Origin: Flavobacteriaceae bacterium
GTDB taxonomy: Bacteria > Bacteroidota > Bacteroidia > Flavobacteriales > Flavobacteriaceae
Length of the DNA: 64,000 nucleotides
Direction: 5' to 3'
Assembly: GCA_020346245.1 (NCBI GenBank)
Contig: CP070778.1
Coordinates: 2,250,070 to 2,314,069 of the forward strand
Made by a program: the position numbers and the translations under genes. How positions within the stretch are numbered: position 1 is the first letter of the stretch; each line of letters starts with the position of its first letter. The notes below the pieces were generated by a model. It was not told where the DNA came from, ran no database searches, and saw only the letters and a list, made by a program, of their open reading frames with translations. This document shows, piece by piece, positions 9,702 to 18,587 of the stretch.

Positions 9702-10850
9702 CCAGGATTGATAGTAAGTACCATCATCAATTTCGAGAGCGACATCAGTTAATTGCAAGGGTTTAAATGTATCTACCATTACCGCATATTCCTCTGTCCC
9801 GCTCTTACCTATACTGGCTTCATATGTGCCCGGATGAGGACCGTGAGGGATTCCTGCAGGGTGTAAAGAAATATAACCTTTATCAATGTTTTTGCGGCTC
9901 ATAAAATCACCTTCTACATAATAGAGCACTTCGTCCGAATCAATGTTTGAATGATTATAGGGTGCTGGGATGGCCTGAGGGTGGTAATCATAAAGTCTGG
10001 GGCAGAAAGAACATACTACAAAAGTACTGGTCTCAAAAGTCTGATGAACCGGTGGCGGCTGATGCACCCTCCCTGTAATTGGTTCAAAATCATGTATTGA
10101 AAAAGCGTATGGGTAGTTATATCCGTCCCAGCCTACTACATCGAAAGGATGTGAAGCATATATCATATGATGTAACTGCCCTTGTTTCTTTACTTTAATA
10201 AGGAAATCTCCCAGTTCATCGTGAGTTTGCAAATTCTCCGGTAGCCTAAAATCGCGCTCACAAAATGGTGAATGCTCCAAATGTTGCCCAAACCAATTCC
10301 TGTATCGTTTCGGCGTATAAATTGGATGATAAGATTCCGTTATAAAAAGCCTGTTATCCCCATCTTCAAAAGTAATTTGATAAATCATGCCGCGGGGTAT
10401 TAGAATATAATCCCCATATCCAAAAGGAATTTCACCCAGCATAGTTTTCAGGATTCCTTTACCCCTGTGAACAAACAGTAATTCATCGGCATCCGCATTT
10501 TTATAGAAGTAATCCGTCATTGATTTTTTAGGGGCTGATAGGGCAAGATGAACATCGCCATTGAATAACACAACTTTGCGGCTATCGAGATAATCATCCT
10601 CAGGGGACACCTGAAAACCTTTTAACAATCTGGATTTTATATTATACTTCACCGCCGTCTTAGGCGACAGGTCCTCCGCTTCACCAACCTCTTTGACCAT
10701 AGTTGGACGGTATAAATGATACATGAGGGAAGACATCCCGTCAAATCCTATGGTTCCAAATAATTGCTCATAATGTAAACTGCCATCTTTTTTCTTAAAA
10801 ATCGTGTGTCTTTTATGTGGTAAATCTCCAAGTTTATGATATAGTGGCAT
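9693..10850 (-). CDS. hmgA: Homogentisate 1,2-dioxygenase
   Basis: NADADEL, PFDVVGWDG, HQPPPVHQTF, PYNHSNIDSDE and HGPHP motifs; ATG at 10850 preferred. Confidence 0.93.
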   Translation of the reverse strand: MPLYHKLGDLPHKRHTIFKKKDGSLHYEQLFGTIGFDGMSSLMYHLYRPTMVKEVGEAEDLSPKTAVKYNIKSRLLKGFQVSPEDDYLDSRKVVLFNGDVHLALSAPKKSMTDYFYKNADADELLFVHRGKGILKTMLGEIPFGYGDYILIPRGMIYQITFEDGDNRLFITESYHPIYTPKRYRNWFGQHLEHSPFCERDFRLPENLQTHDELGDFLIKVKKQGQLHHMIYASHPFDVVGWDGYNYPYAFSIHDFEPITGRVHQPPPVHQTFETSTFVVCSFCPRLYDYHPQAIPAPYNHSNIDSDEVLYYVEGDFMSRKNIDKGYISLHPAGIPHGPHPGTYEASIGKSGTEEYAVMVDTFKPLQLTDVALEIDDGTYYQSWLE

Positions 10851-10967
10851 CAGCAAATCTGTTTAAAAATCATCACTAAATTTACGATAAATTGGAGGTT
10901 TTGTAAAATAATGTCTTATAAAGTTCGGGCAATTTGTTTATCTCAATAAACAAAGTATACCCTAAAC

Positions 10968-10996
10968 AAAAAAGCCTCCCAAATTGGAAAGCCTTT
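10968..10996 (-). terminator. Intrinsic terminator between ndh and hmgA
   Basis: Minus strand reads AAAGGCTTTCCA-ATT-TGGGAGGCTTTTTT: a stem with G-U pairs followed by a U tract. Confidence 0.75.
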
Positions 10997-11066
10997 CATT
11001 GGTAAGTGTCAAATAAATATCGACATCTATACACATACACCATTATTAATGATGTACAACACAACA
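10968..11066 (-). ncRNA. Candidate ~100-nt structured small RNA or leader, containing a 15-codon ORF (11043-10996, MVYVYRCRYLFDTYQ)
   Basis: Perfect -7 box TATCTTTG at 11077-11070; hairpins at 11036-11056 and 11007-11025; terminator at 10968-10996. Confidence 0.4.
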
Positions 11067-11115
11067 CTACAAAGATATGAAAGGATTCCAAATTAGTTGT
11101 TATAATTTGAGTGTT

Positions 11116-12393
11116 TTATATTTTGGACCTGAAGGGCCTCACTATTAAGCGGGCAGCCTTATCATAGTTGATGTAATTATATACCCAATTGAAAAAAACA
11201 ATGACTCTATTCCTAAATCCTACCAGGGACATCAGATGAATAAACATCCATATAAACCATGCGAAGAATCCCCCGAATTCAATGCCCGGAAGATCTACTA
11301 CAGCTTTGTTGCGGCCTATGGTTGCCATATTACCCTTGTTTCTATACACAAAAGGCTTCATAGACCTGTCTTGCAATAAGCGTTCTATATTCCCGGCCAA
11401 AAGTTCCCCCTGTTGAATTGCAGGCTGGGCCATTTGAGGGTGTCCTTTAGGGTACGCTTCTGTTTCCATATAGGCAATATCTCCAACGGCAAAAATATTT
11501 TCGTGCCCCAAAATCTGATTATATCGGTCTACTTTATACCGATTTACGTTTTTTATCAATACATCAGAATTTAAGCCCTCTATTGCTGCCCCCTTAACCC
11601 CGGCAGTCCAGATAAAATTCCTGGTTTTGATCTCTTCACCATTGTTCATTACTAAACGGTCACCATTGTAGCCTTTAACCAAAGTATTCAAATGGAGATG
11701 TACTCCAAAATCTTCTAAAAATTTCTTTGCTTTGGCCGAAGCTCTGGCACTCATAGGTGGTAAAACAACATTTGCTCCTTCAAACAGATGAATTTCCATT
11801 TCATCAATATTCAGATGTCTGTAATCTTTTGGGAATACATGCTTTTTCAATTCAGCGAATGCGCCCGCAAGCTCAACCCCTGTAGGACCGGCACCAATTA
11901 TACAAAAATTAAGGAGTGCCTTCCGCTCCTCAACATCCTTACAATTATCTGCCAATTCAAAATTCTGAAGCATAAGGCTGCGAATATTTAGTGCTTGAGG
12001 TACACTTTTCATGGCCATTGCATTTTCCTCAATCTCTGAATTTCCAAAAAAATTGGTGCGTGTCCCGGTGGCAATAATCAGATAGTCATAGGAGATCTTA
12101 CCTATATCCGTATGAACTTCTTTTAGTTCGGGCACTATCTTTTTTACTGTAGCCAGCCTAAAATAAAAATTCTGAAGTCTTTTTAAAATTTTGCGAATTG
12201 GATAGGCTATTGAATCTGGTTCCAAACCACCAGTGGAAACCTGGTACAATAGTGGTTGAAAGGTGTGGTAGTTGTGTTTATCGATGACAACAACCTGAAT
12301 CGGAAGGTTCCTAAGTTTTTTAGCCAATGAAATCCCTGCAAAACCAGCTCCTATGATTACTACCCTTTTATTGGTGTTTTTTGGAAGATTCAT
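11116..12393 (-). CDS. ndh: Type II NADH dehydrogenase (NDH-2)
   Basis: GAGFAG and GAGPTGVELAG Rossmann motifs, FQPLLYQ, AQPAIQQG, KGNMATIGR, WFIWMFIHL. Confidence 0.92.
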   Translation of the reverse strand: MNLPKNTNKRVVIIGAGFAGISLAKKLRNLPIQVVVIDKHNYHTFQPLLYQVSTGGLEPDSIAYPIRKILKRLQNFYFRLATVKKIVPELKEVHTDIGKISYDYLIIATGTRTNFFGNSEIEENAMAMKSVPQALNIRSLMLQNFELADNCKDVEERKALLNFCIIGAGPTGVELAGAFAELKKHVFPKDYRHLNIDEMEIHLFEGANVVLPPMSARASAKAKKFLEDFGVHLHLNTLVKGYNGDRLVMNNGEEIKTRNFIWTAGVKGAAIEGLNSDVLIKNVNRYKVDRYNQILGHENIFAVGDIAYMETEAYPKGHPQMAQPAIQQGELLAGNIERLLQDRSMKPFVYRNKGNMATIGRNKAVVDLPGIEFGGFFAWFIWMFIHLMSLVGFRNRVIVFFNWVYNYINYDKAARLIVRPFRSKI

Positions 12394-12614
12394 ATGTTAA
12401 TTAGTAGCAAAAATAAGGAAACCCTTACCGTTCATCGATGTTTTTTAACTGAGCTAATGAGATCAGGTTTCCGTTAAAAACTCATTTCCGGGATAATGTG
12501 CAAATAGTAATGGTTTTAGTCGAACATACAATTCTTTGGTCGTAAAACCCTCGTGGGTGACTCTTTCATTAGTAATTTTATAAAGGATTACCCAAGTCCT
12601 AAAACCAGCTTATC

Positions 12615-13802
12615 ATGCTTAAAAAGATAGTTTTTATAGTGCTTATTGGTATTTTTGTCTCCTCCTGTACGCTGGATTCTGTGTATGAGTATGTGGAAAC
12701 AGAAGAGGCTAAGGCAGTTGCTTCTGACCTCTCCGAAAACCATTTAAAAATTCCCCTTAGCAATGAAGATCTGGAAATCTATAATTGGATTACCCATATT
12801 CAGCTTAATAATGGGATTTTAACAAGTACTGAAGGATCAAACTTTGTTTCGCTTTACGATAATTCTTTGGCTGCTTTGGCATTCATATCTGTTGGAGACT
12901 ATACGAGAGCAGAGCATATTTTTGATTTTTTCAATGAAAAAATCGATTCAGAATTCATCCCAAACGGCGGTGGTTTTTTTCAATTCAGAGATAGCAATGG
13001 GAACAATGGTAATACTATATGGCTCGGCGACAATGCCTGGTTATTAATTGCACTTAATAATTATAAACAAACAACAGGAAATAATAAGTATAATGAACTA
13101 ACCAATTTACTGGAAAATTGGATCAGGGGTTTGCAGGATGAAGATGGAGGTTTATGGGGCGGTTTCAGGGAAGATGGAACACAAATACACAAAATTACCG
13201 AAGGTATTATTACGGCATTCAATGCTGTAAAGGGTTATGATGATTTTCATAAGGGCATTTTAAATTATCTTAAGCAGGAAAGATGGGATCTAAATGACCG
13301 GCTTCTTGTAGCCTGGCCCGAAAATGAGGCCCATTACTACGCCATGGACCTGCATTCCCTTGGCTATTTAATTTTTGAGAATTTCCCAAAGGAGGTACTT
13401 TCCAAATCCGAACGTTATAAAAACACCCAGGTGGCCAGTTTTAACGGAGAAACAATCTCCGGCTATTGTTTTGATGAGGATAGAGATGTAATCTGGTTAG
13501 AAGGTACCGCTCAAATGGCCCTGGCTTTTGAAACGGCTAATATGGTGAGTGAAGCAAATGGCACACTACAGGAACTACAAAAAGCTCAAATGAAGAATTC
13601 TGCCTGGGAAAATTCTATGGGTATCCCGTATGCAACCAATGAAGGTACCAGTTATGGTTCTTCATTATTATGGAAGGAGGCATCCAATACCCCGGCTATT
13701 TCATCGAGTATTTGGTATTTGTTTGGCGTACTTAACTTTAATCCTCTGGATCTTGGAAAGCAAAAGAATATTCCAGCTGAAGACAGGTTCTGGAATCATT
13801 AA
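12615..13802 (+). CDS. Uncharacterised lipoprotein, probable (alpha/alpha)6 barrel of the six-hairpin glycosidase type
   Basis: Lipobox VSSC; repeated helical hairpins with YDNSLA, WLGDNAW, QDEDGGLWGG and WLEGTAQMALA loops. Confidence 0.55.
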   Translation: MLKKIVFIVLIGIFVSSCTLDSVYEYVETEEAKAVASDLSENHLKIPLSNEDLEIYNWITHIQLNNGILTSTEGSNFVSLYDNSLAALAFISVGDYTRAEHIFDFFNEKIDSEFIPNGGGFFQFRDSNGNNGNTIWLGDNAWLLIALNNYKQTTGNNKYNELTNLLENWIRGLQDEDGGLWGGFREDGTQIHKITEGIITAFNAVKGYDDFHKGILNYLKQERWDLNDRLLVAWPENEAHYYAMDLHSLGYLIFENFPKEVLSKSERYKNTQVASFNGETISGYCFDEDRDVIWLEGTAQMALAFETANMVSEANGTLQELQKAQMKNSAWENSMGIPYATNEGTSYGSSLLWKEASNTPAISSSIWYLFGVLNFNPLDLGKQKNIPAEDRFWNH

Positions 13803-13869
13803 TTTTCTACAGATTTATAAATGTTTTAACACCAGACTTTTTTGATTTTGGATAACTTTAAAATAAAAA

Positions 13870-14088
13870 ATGAAATCTTCTGCTATGTTCTGGGTTGGGG
13901 CGACTACGATACTTTTAATACTAGTGACTATAATGGCTACTATGAACTTTGCTTTTAGCTGGGTTTTTTATCTTACTGTTCTCGGACAGATTATGATAGT
14001 TTACATGGTCTATAAAGTCCTTACAGACCATTATAAAACTTCAAAAACATTTGAAGACTTTTATGAGGATAATCCTATTGGGAAATAA
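13870..14088 (+). CDS. Small two-TM membrane protein (72 aa)
   Basis: Two hydrophobic helices and an acidic tail; A-rich sequence before the ATG; TAACTTTA at 13853-13860. Confidence 0.7.
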   Translation: MKSSAMFWVGATTILLILVTIMATMNFAFSWVFYLTVLGQIMIVYMVYKVLTDHYKTSKTFEDFYEDNPIGK

Positions 14089-14134
14089 AAAGCCACCTCG
14101 CTACAAAGAGTAAGATTTTTTGCTAAAACCTATA

Positions 14135-14977
14135 CTAATCGGGTAACACCAGAAGAGGTATAGGCGTATGAAAGGCTATACGCTTCACAATAGGTTCTCT
14201 AACCAATTTTTCTAAAAATCCATGGCGGTAATATACCAATGCCAGCATTTGTATACCATACTCCTTTATGAAGAATTCAATCACATCTGATTTGCTGGCA
14301 AAATATGGCATGCTTCTTATAAAATGAGGGACAGAGGAAACATAGTCCAGTAGTACATCTTTATTTGAGTGCTGATACTTGTTTAATTGTTCTTCCTCAT
14401 TGATATGCATTATATTTATTGTAGCATCAAACTTTGCAGAGACCTGCATCATAGGCTCAATTACTTCAGTTCTGAAATTTCTTTTAAAATCCGTTGGGAA
14501 GCCAATTCTTGCCGGTTTTATATATTCAAAATTTTCAGGTACAACAAGGATTGGACATGTTCTTACTGCCTTAATAATTCTTACAGTATTGCTCCCTAAA
14601 AAAACTTCATCAAAGCCCGAAGCGCCTTTTGTCCCCGTTACTATAAAATCAATATCCTCTGATTCTACAAGTTCCTTGATCTCCTCGGTAAGAAGATTAA
14701 ACGAAGAAACGCTTCTAAAACTATGTTGTGGATACTTATAATTTGTATTGATTTCATTCAGTAGTTCTTCCAATCCCTTCTCAGACTCAGTTCGAACATT
14801 ATCCTCCAATAAACCACCATGAACCGTAGTGGCCATAAAACGACTATGAACTATAGCAGGGGTATAGGTATTTAATAGATAAAAAACACATTCTTCATCT
14901 TTAAAAAATTCGAACGCATACTTTGCTGCATTTAAGGAATTTTTGGAAAAATCTGTTGGTAATAATATTCTTTTCAT
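14135..14977 (-). CDS. Universal stress protein (tandem USP domains)
   Basis: ILLPTDFS, GTKGASG..FLGSNT and CPILVVP motifs, plus a second degenerate domain. Confidence 0.92.
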   Translation of the reverse strand: MKRILLPTDFSKNSLNAAKYAFEFFKDEECVFYLLNTYTPAIVHSRFMATTVHGGLLEDNVRTESEKGLEELLNEINTNYKYPQHSFRSVSSFNLLTEEIKELVESEDIDFIVTGTKGASGFDEVFLGSNTVRIIKAVRTCPILVVPENFEYIKPARIGFPTDFKRNFRTEVIEPMMQVSAKFDATINIMHINEEEQLNKYQHSNKDVLLDYVSSVPHFIRSMPYFASKSDVIEFFIKEYGIQMLALVYYRHGFLEKLVREPIVKRIAFHTPIPLLVLPD

Positions 14978-15033
14978 ACACCTATTTGATAAAACAATGG
15001 TGTAAAAATACCTCCGTGATTAGACGGAAACAA

Positions 15034-15045
15034 TGATATATGTCA
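15034..15045 (-). promoter_or_regulatory. Fnr-like box upstream of usp
   Basis: TGACATATATCA on the minus strand, 23 nt upstream of TATTTTTA (15010-15003). Confidence 0.75.
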
Positions 15046-15116
15046 GGTTTTCAAATCCAGTGCAATTAATGGCAGGGCTTTATTCACCGAAGACGAGGAG
15101 TATGCACGGATTATTA

Positions 15117-15812
15117 CTAAAATCCTTCGGCAAGATCTCTTAATTTCTTTTCATCCAAAATTCCAAGTTTTTTGCCAGAACTTTTTAGCAAGCCCTTCTT
15201 TTTAAACTCCGAAATAATTCGAATGCAGGATTCTGTAGCAGTACCCACAACATTGGCAATATCTTCTCTTGAAAGGGTAAGAATTAAAAAGCCTTGCTCG
15301 TCCTCACCATAGTTAGATTTAAGATAAAGGAACGCTTCTGCAATGCGTTGTTTTACAGTTTTCTGAGAAATATTTACAATCACATCATCTGCTTCTCTTA
15401 AGTCATGTGCCATAAGCCGTAATACTTCAAAAGTAAAATCGGGATTCTTATGCAGCGTATTAACAATCGCTTCTTTCGGAATGAAGCAAAGTTCCATATC
15501 ATTCACAGCTACTGCACTTAGATTTGAAGTCTCTTCTGCAATTACAGACCGCTGACCCATAACTTCTCCCTTCGTAGCCAACTTAACTATTTGGTCTTTT
15601 CCATTGGAGCTTAATTTGGAAAGCTTTGAAACTCCTTCCCTTACGCAAAAAACGCCATTGAGTTTTTCACCTTCTTCAAAAATTGCCTCCCCTTTTTTAA
15701 TGACCTTGGAGGTTTTTGAATCCGATACCTGCTTTAACTCTTCCTTACTCATGGCTCGCAAAGAATTAAATTGACGTATTATGCAATTCTCACACCTACT
15801 TTCAGAACCCAT
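15117..15812 (-). CDS. Crp/Fnr family regulator, probable Fe-S oxygen sensor
   Basis: N-terminal CENC plus a central Cys, cNMP-binding fold, HTH SREDIANVVGTATESCIR; divergent from the cco cluster. Confidence 0.9.
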   Translation of the reverse strand: MGSESRCENCIIRQFNSLRAMSKEELKQVSDSKTSKVIKKGEAIFEEGEKLNGVFCVREGVSKLSKLSSNGKDQIVKLATKGEVMGQRSVIAEETSNLSAVAVNDMELCFIPKEAIVNTLHKNPDFTFEVLRLMAHDLREADDVIVNISQKTVKQRIAEAFLYLKSNYGEDEQGFLILTLSREDIANVVGTATESCIRIISEFKKKGLLKSSGKKLGILDEKKLRDLAEGF

Positions 15813-15855
15813 AAATTTTTGTTTAGGCTTTAGTTGCCCAAAATTATTGAAAAGG

Positions 15856-15867
15856 TGACAAATATCA
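15856..15867 (+). promoter_or_regulatory. Fnr-like box between the Crp/Fnr gene and ccoI
   Basis: TGACAAATATCA, 23 nt upstream of a degenerate -7 box CAATTTCG (15891-15898) and 9 nt from the regulator's own -7 box (TAATTTTG, 15846-15839). Confidence 0.72.
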
Positions 15868-15916
15868 TATATATTTTCTGTAAATTACTACAATTTCGCG
15901 TTCAGGTAATAAGCAA

Positions 15917-18298
15917 ATGTTTCAGAATATGACTAAATGTTACCACTGTAGTGATAATTGCAGCGCTACAGCGATAGTATTTGACGAAAAGAACTTCTGT
16001 TGTAACGGTTGTAAAACAGTATATGAGATTTTTCAGACGAATGATCTGACCTATTTCTATGACCTGCAGTCGGGCGCGGGTACTTCTCCCAGGGAAATTG
16101 AAGGAAAATATGATTTCCTCAATTCCGATAAAATTACCCAAAGATTAATAGAATTTGATGATGGAACAATTCAAATTGTAAATCTATTCATTCCCGGGAT
16201 ACACTGTAGTTCGTGTATATGGATTTTGGAAAATTTAAAAAAATTACATCCCGGAATCACAAATTCGCAGGTAGATTTCCCAAAAAAAATGATTAGAGTA
16301 ACATTTAAAAGGGAAGAAGTTTCATTAAAAGATTTGGTTGTTCTAATGGCAAGAATTGGATATGAGCCTTATATCTCCCTTGATGATTATGAAAAAGAAA
16401 AAAGTAAAACCGACAGGAGTATCTTGTATAAACTGGGGGTTGCGGGTTTTGCCTTTGGAAATATTATGTTTTTATCCTTTCCGGAGTATTTTGAAGTAGG
16501 AGAGTTTTGGCTCGATCAATACAAGGGTTTATTCAGGTGGCTGATGTTTGCTTTTTCACTACCCGTAGTATTTTATGCAGGCAGCGACTATTTTATCTCT
16601 GCTTATAAGGGATTGCGATCGCGGCTTTTGAATATTGATGTGCCAATTGCTCTTGGAATTATTGTACTTTTTTTACGAAGTAGTTTTGAGATCACCTTTA
16701 ATCTGGGTTCCGGATTTTTTGATAGTCTTACCGGGTTGATATTTTTCCTGCTTGTAGGCCGGTTCTTTCAACAAAAAACGTATTCATTCCTTTCGTTTGA
16801 GCGTGATTATAAATCATATTTTCCTATTGCGGTTACCAGATTAAATAAAAATAAGAAAGAGGAAACTGTACAGGTATATGATATAAAAAGAAGGGACAGG
16901 TTATTAATAAGGAATAAAGAACTCATTCCGGTAGATGGAATCCTTATTAGTAATGGAGCTCAAATAGATTATAGTTTTGTGACAGGAGAATCGGAACCTG
17001 TCCAAAAAAATTCCGGCGATAAAGTTTTTGCGGGAGGCAGACAGTGTTACGGAGCTATTGAAATAGAAACTTTGAAAAGTGTTTCTCAAAGCTACCTTAC
17101 ACAATTGTGGAGCAATTCTGTTTTCGAAAAAGACAAAACTACTGCATTTCAAACCTTAACAGACAGTATTGGAAAACGCTTTACTATCGCCGTATTGACC
17201 ATTGCAATTATAGCCGCCTCTATTTGGATGTTTCATGACAGCAGCAAAGCATTGAATGTATTTACAGCTGTACTTATTATAGCTTGTCCGTGTGCTATTG
17301 CCCTTGCGGCCCCTTTTACCCTGGGTAATATGTTACGGATCTTCGGGCGTAATAAATTTTACTTGAAAAACAGTGCTGTTATAGAGCAATTGGCTCTTAT
17401 AGATACTGCAATATTTGATAAAACAGGAACTATAACCACTACGCAATCCAACACAATTACCTATGAAGGCATGGAATTAACAGCTGAAGAAGAATCCCTT
17501 CTAAAAAACACTCTTAGGGCTTCGAATCACCCACTGAGCAGATCGCTCTATGAGCTGTTAAAAGAACACAATATAGAAACACTTGATGAGTACAGAGAAT
17601 ATACCGGTAAGGGAGTGCATGGTGTTAAGGACAAAAGTGATATTAAAGTTGGTTCTGCAGATTTTGTGGGGCGTCAACAATTAAGTGATTATAAAAGTAC
17701 TGCTGTTCACGTAAGCACAAATGATTTGTATAAAGGGTGTTTTGTTTTTCATAATACCTACAGGGAAGGGGTTTCGGAAGTATTTAAGAATATGGCGGAC
17801 TATTTGGATCTGGCTGTGATCTCAGGGGATAATGAAGGTGAAAAAGGAAGGCTGGAAAAGCTTCTGCCAAAGTTGACTCCTCTTTTTTTCAATCAAAAAC
17901 CAACAGATAAGCTTGAGTTTATTAAAGAGTTACAAGCTAATGACAAAAAAGTCCTGATGGTAGGCGATGGCTTAAATGATGCAGGAGCACTGGCACAAAG
18001 CAATGTGGGCCTGGCTATTTCTGAAAACATAAATGTATTTTCTCCAGCCTGTGATGGAATTCTTGATGCCACAAAATTCAGATTTCTTAACAATTATATC
18101 CTGGCCTCTAAAAAGGCCATGAACATTATAAAATTATGCTTTGTCCTCTCATTGATGTACAATGTCGTTGGCCTTTATTTTGCAATAACGGGCCAGTTAG
18201 AACCTGTTATTGCAGCTATATTAATGCCCCTAAGCTCAATTAGCATCGTGGCCTTTGCAACGCTTGCAACAAATATGATAGGAAAGAAATTAAATTAA
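15917..18298 (+). CDS. ccoI: P1B-type copper ATPase for cbb3 oxidase assembly (CcoI/FixI)
   Basis: CYHC/CCNGC N-terminus, HCSSC HMA domain, TGES, CPC, DKTGT and GDGLND motifs; start may be the ATG at 15929. Confidence 0.93.
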   Translation: MFQNMTKCYHCSDNCSATAIVFDEKNFCCNGCKTVYEIFQTNDLTYFYDLQSGAGTSPREIEGKYDFLNSDKITQRLIEFDDGTIQIVNLFIPGIHCSSCIWILENLKKLHPGITNSQVDFPKKMIRVTFKREEVSLKDLVVLMARIGYEPYISLDDYEKEKSKTDRSILYKLGVAGFAFGNIMFLSFPEYFEVGEFWLDQYKGLFRWLMFAFSLPVVFYAGSDYFISAYKGLRSRLLNIDVPIALGIIVLFLRSSFEITFNLGSGFFDSLTGLIFFLLVGRFFQQKTYSFLSFERDYKSYFPIAVTRLNKNKKEETVQVYDIKRRDRLLIRNKELIPVDGILISNGAQIDYSFVTGESEPVQKNSGDKVFAGGRQCYGAIEIETLKSVSQSYLTQLWSNSVFEKDKTTAFQTLTDSIGKRFTIAVLTIAIIAASIWMFHDSSKALNVFTAVLIIACPCAIALAAPFTLGNMLRIFGRNKFYLKNSAVIEQLALIDTAIFDKTGTITTTQSNTITYEGMELTAEEESLLKNTLRASNHPLSRSLYELLKEHNIETLDEYREYTGKGVHGVKDKSDIKVGSADFVGRQQLSDYKSTAVHVSTNDLYKGCFVFHNTYREGVSEVFKNMADYLDLAVISGDNEGEKGRLEKLLPKLTPLFFNQKPTDKLEFIKELQANDKKVLMVGDGLNDAGALAQSNVGLAISENINVFSPACDGILDATKFRFLNNYILASKKAMNIIKLCFVLSLMYNVVGLYFAITGQLEPVIAAILMPLSSISIVAFATLATNMIGKKLN

Positions 18299-18307
18299 TT
18301 AAAAACC

Positions 18308-18319
18308 TGACATATGTCA
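18308..18319 (+). promoter_or_regulatory. Fnr-like box upstream of ccoS-ccoNOQP
   Basis: Perfect palindrome TGACATATGTCA, 23 nt upstream of TAGTTTTA (18343-18350). Confidence 0.8.
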
Positions 18320-18369
18320 TTTTTTCAAATGGGTGAGGAATGTAGTTTTACGCCAGAATTCAGGTAGGT

Positions 18370-18585
18370 ATGAGTGTTATTTATTTATTGCTTGCAATCA
18401 GTATTGTGGTAGCACTGGTTTTCTTTGCTGCTTTTATCATTTCTGTCCGCAGTGGTCAGTATGACGATTCGTATACACCCTCGGTCAGAATGTTATTTGA
18501 AGATGACGTTATTAAAACTCAGGCACCAAAGTCTGATACCAAAATCAAAAAATCAATCCAACTAAATAAAAAGCAAAAATTGTAA
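18370..18585 (+). CDS. ccoS: cbb3-type oxidase assembly protein CcoS
   Basis: Single TM helix followed by SGQYDD..PSVRML. Confidence 0.92.
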   Translation: MSVIYLLLAISIVVALVFFAAFIISVRSGQYDDSYTPSVRMLFEDDVIKTQAPKSDTKIKKSIQLNKKQKL

Positions 18586-18587
18586 TT

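Noticed and set aside
12408-12450. ndh promoter tested as a sixth Fnr-like site
   Set aside because: A -7 box is present (TATTTTTG, 12415-12408) but the sequence at the 23-nt position is not TGA-N6-TCA.
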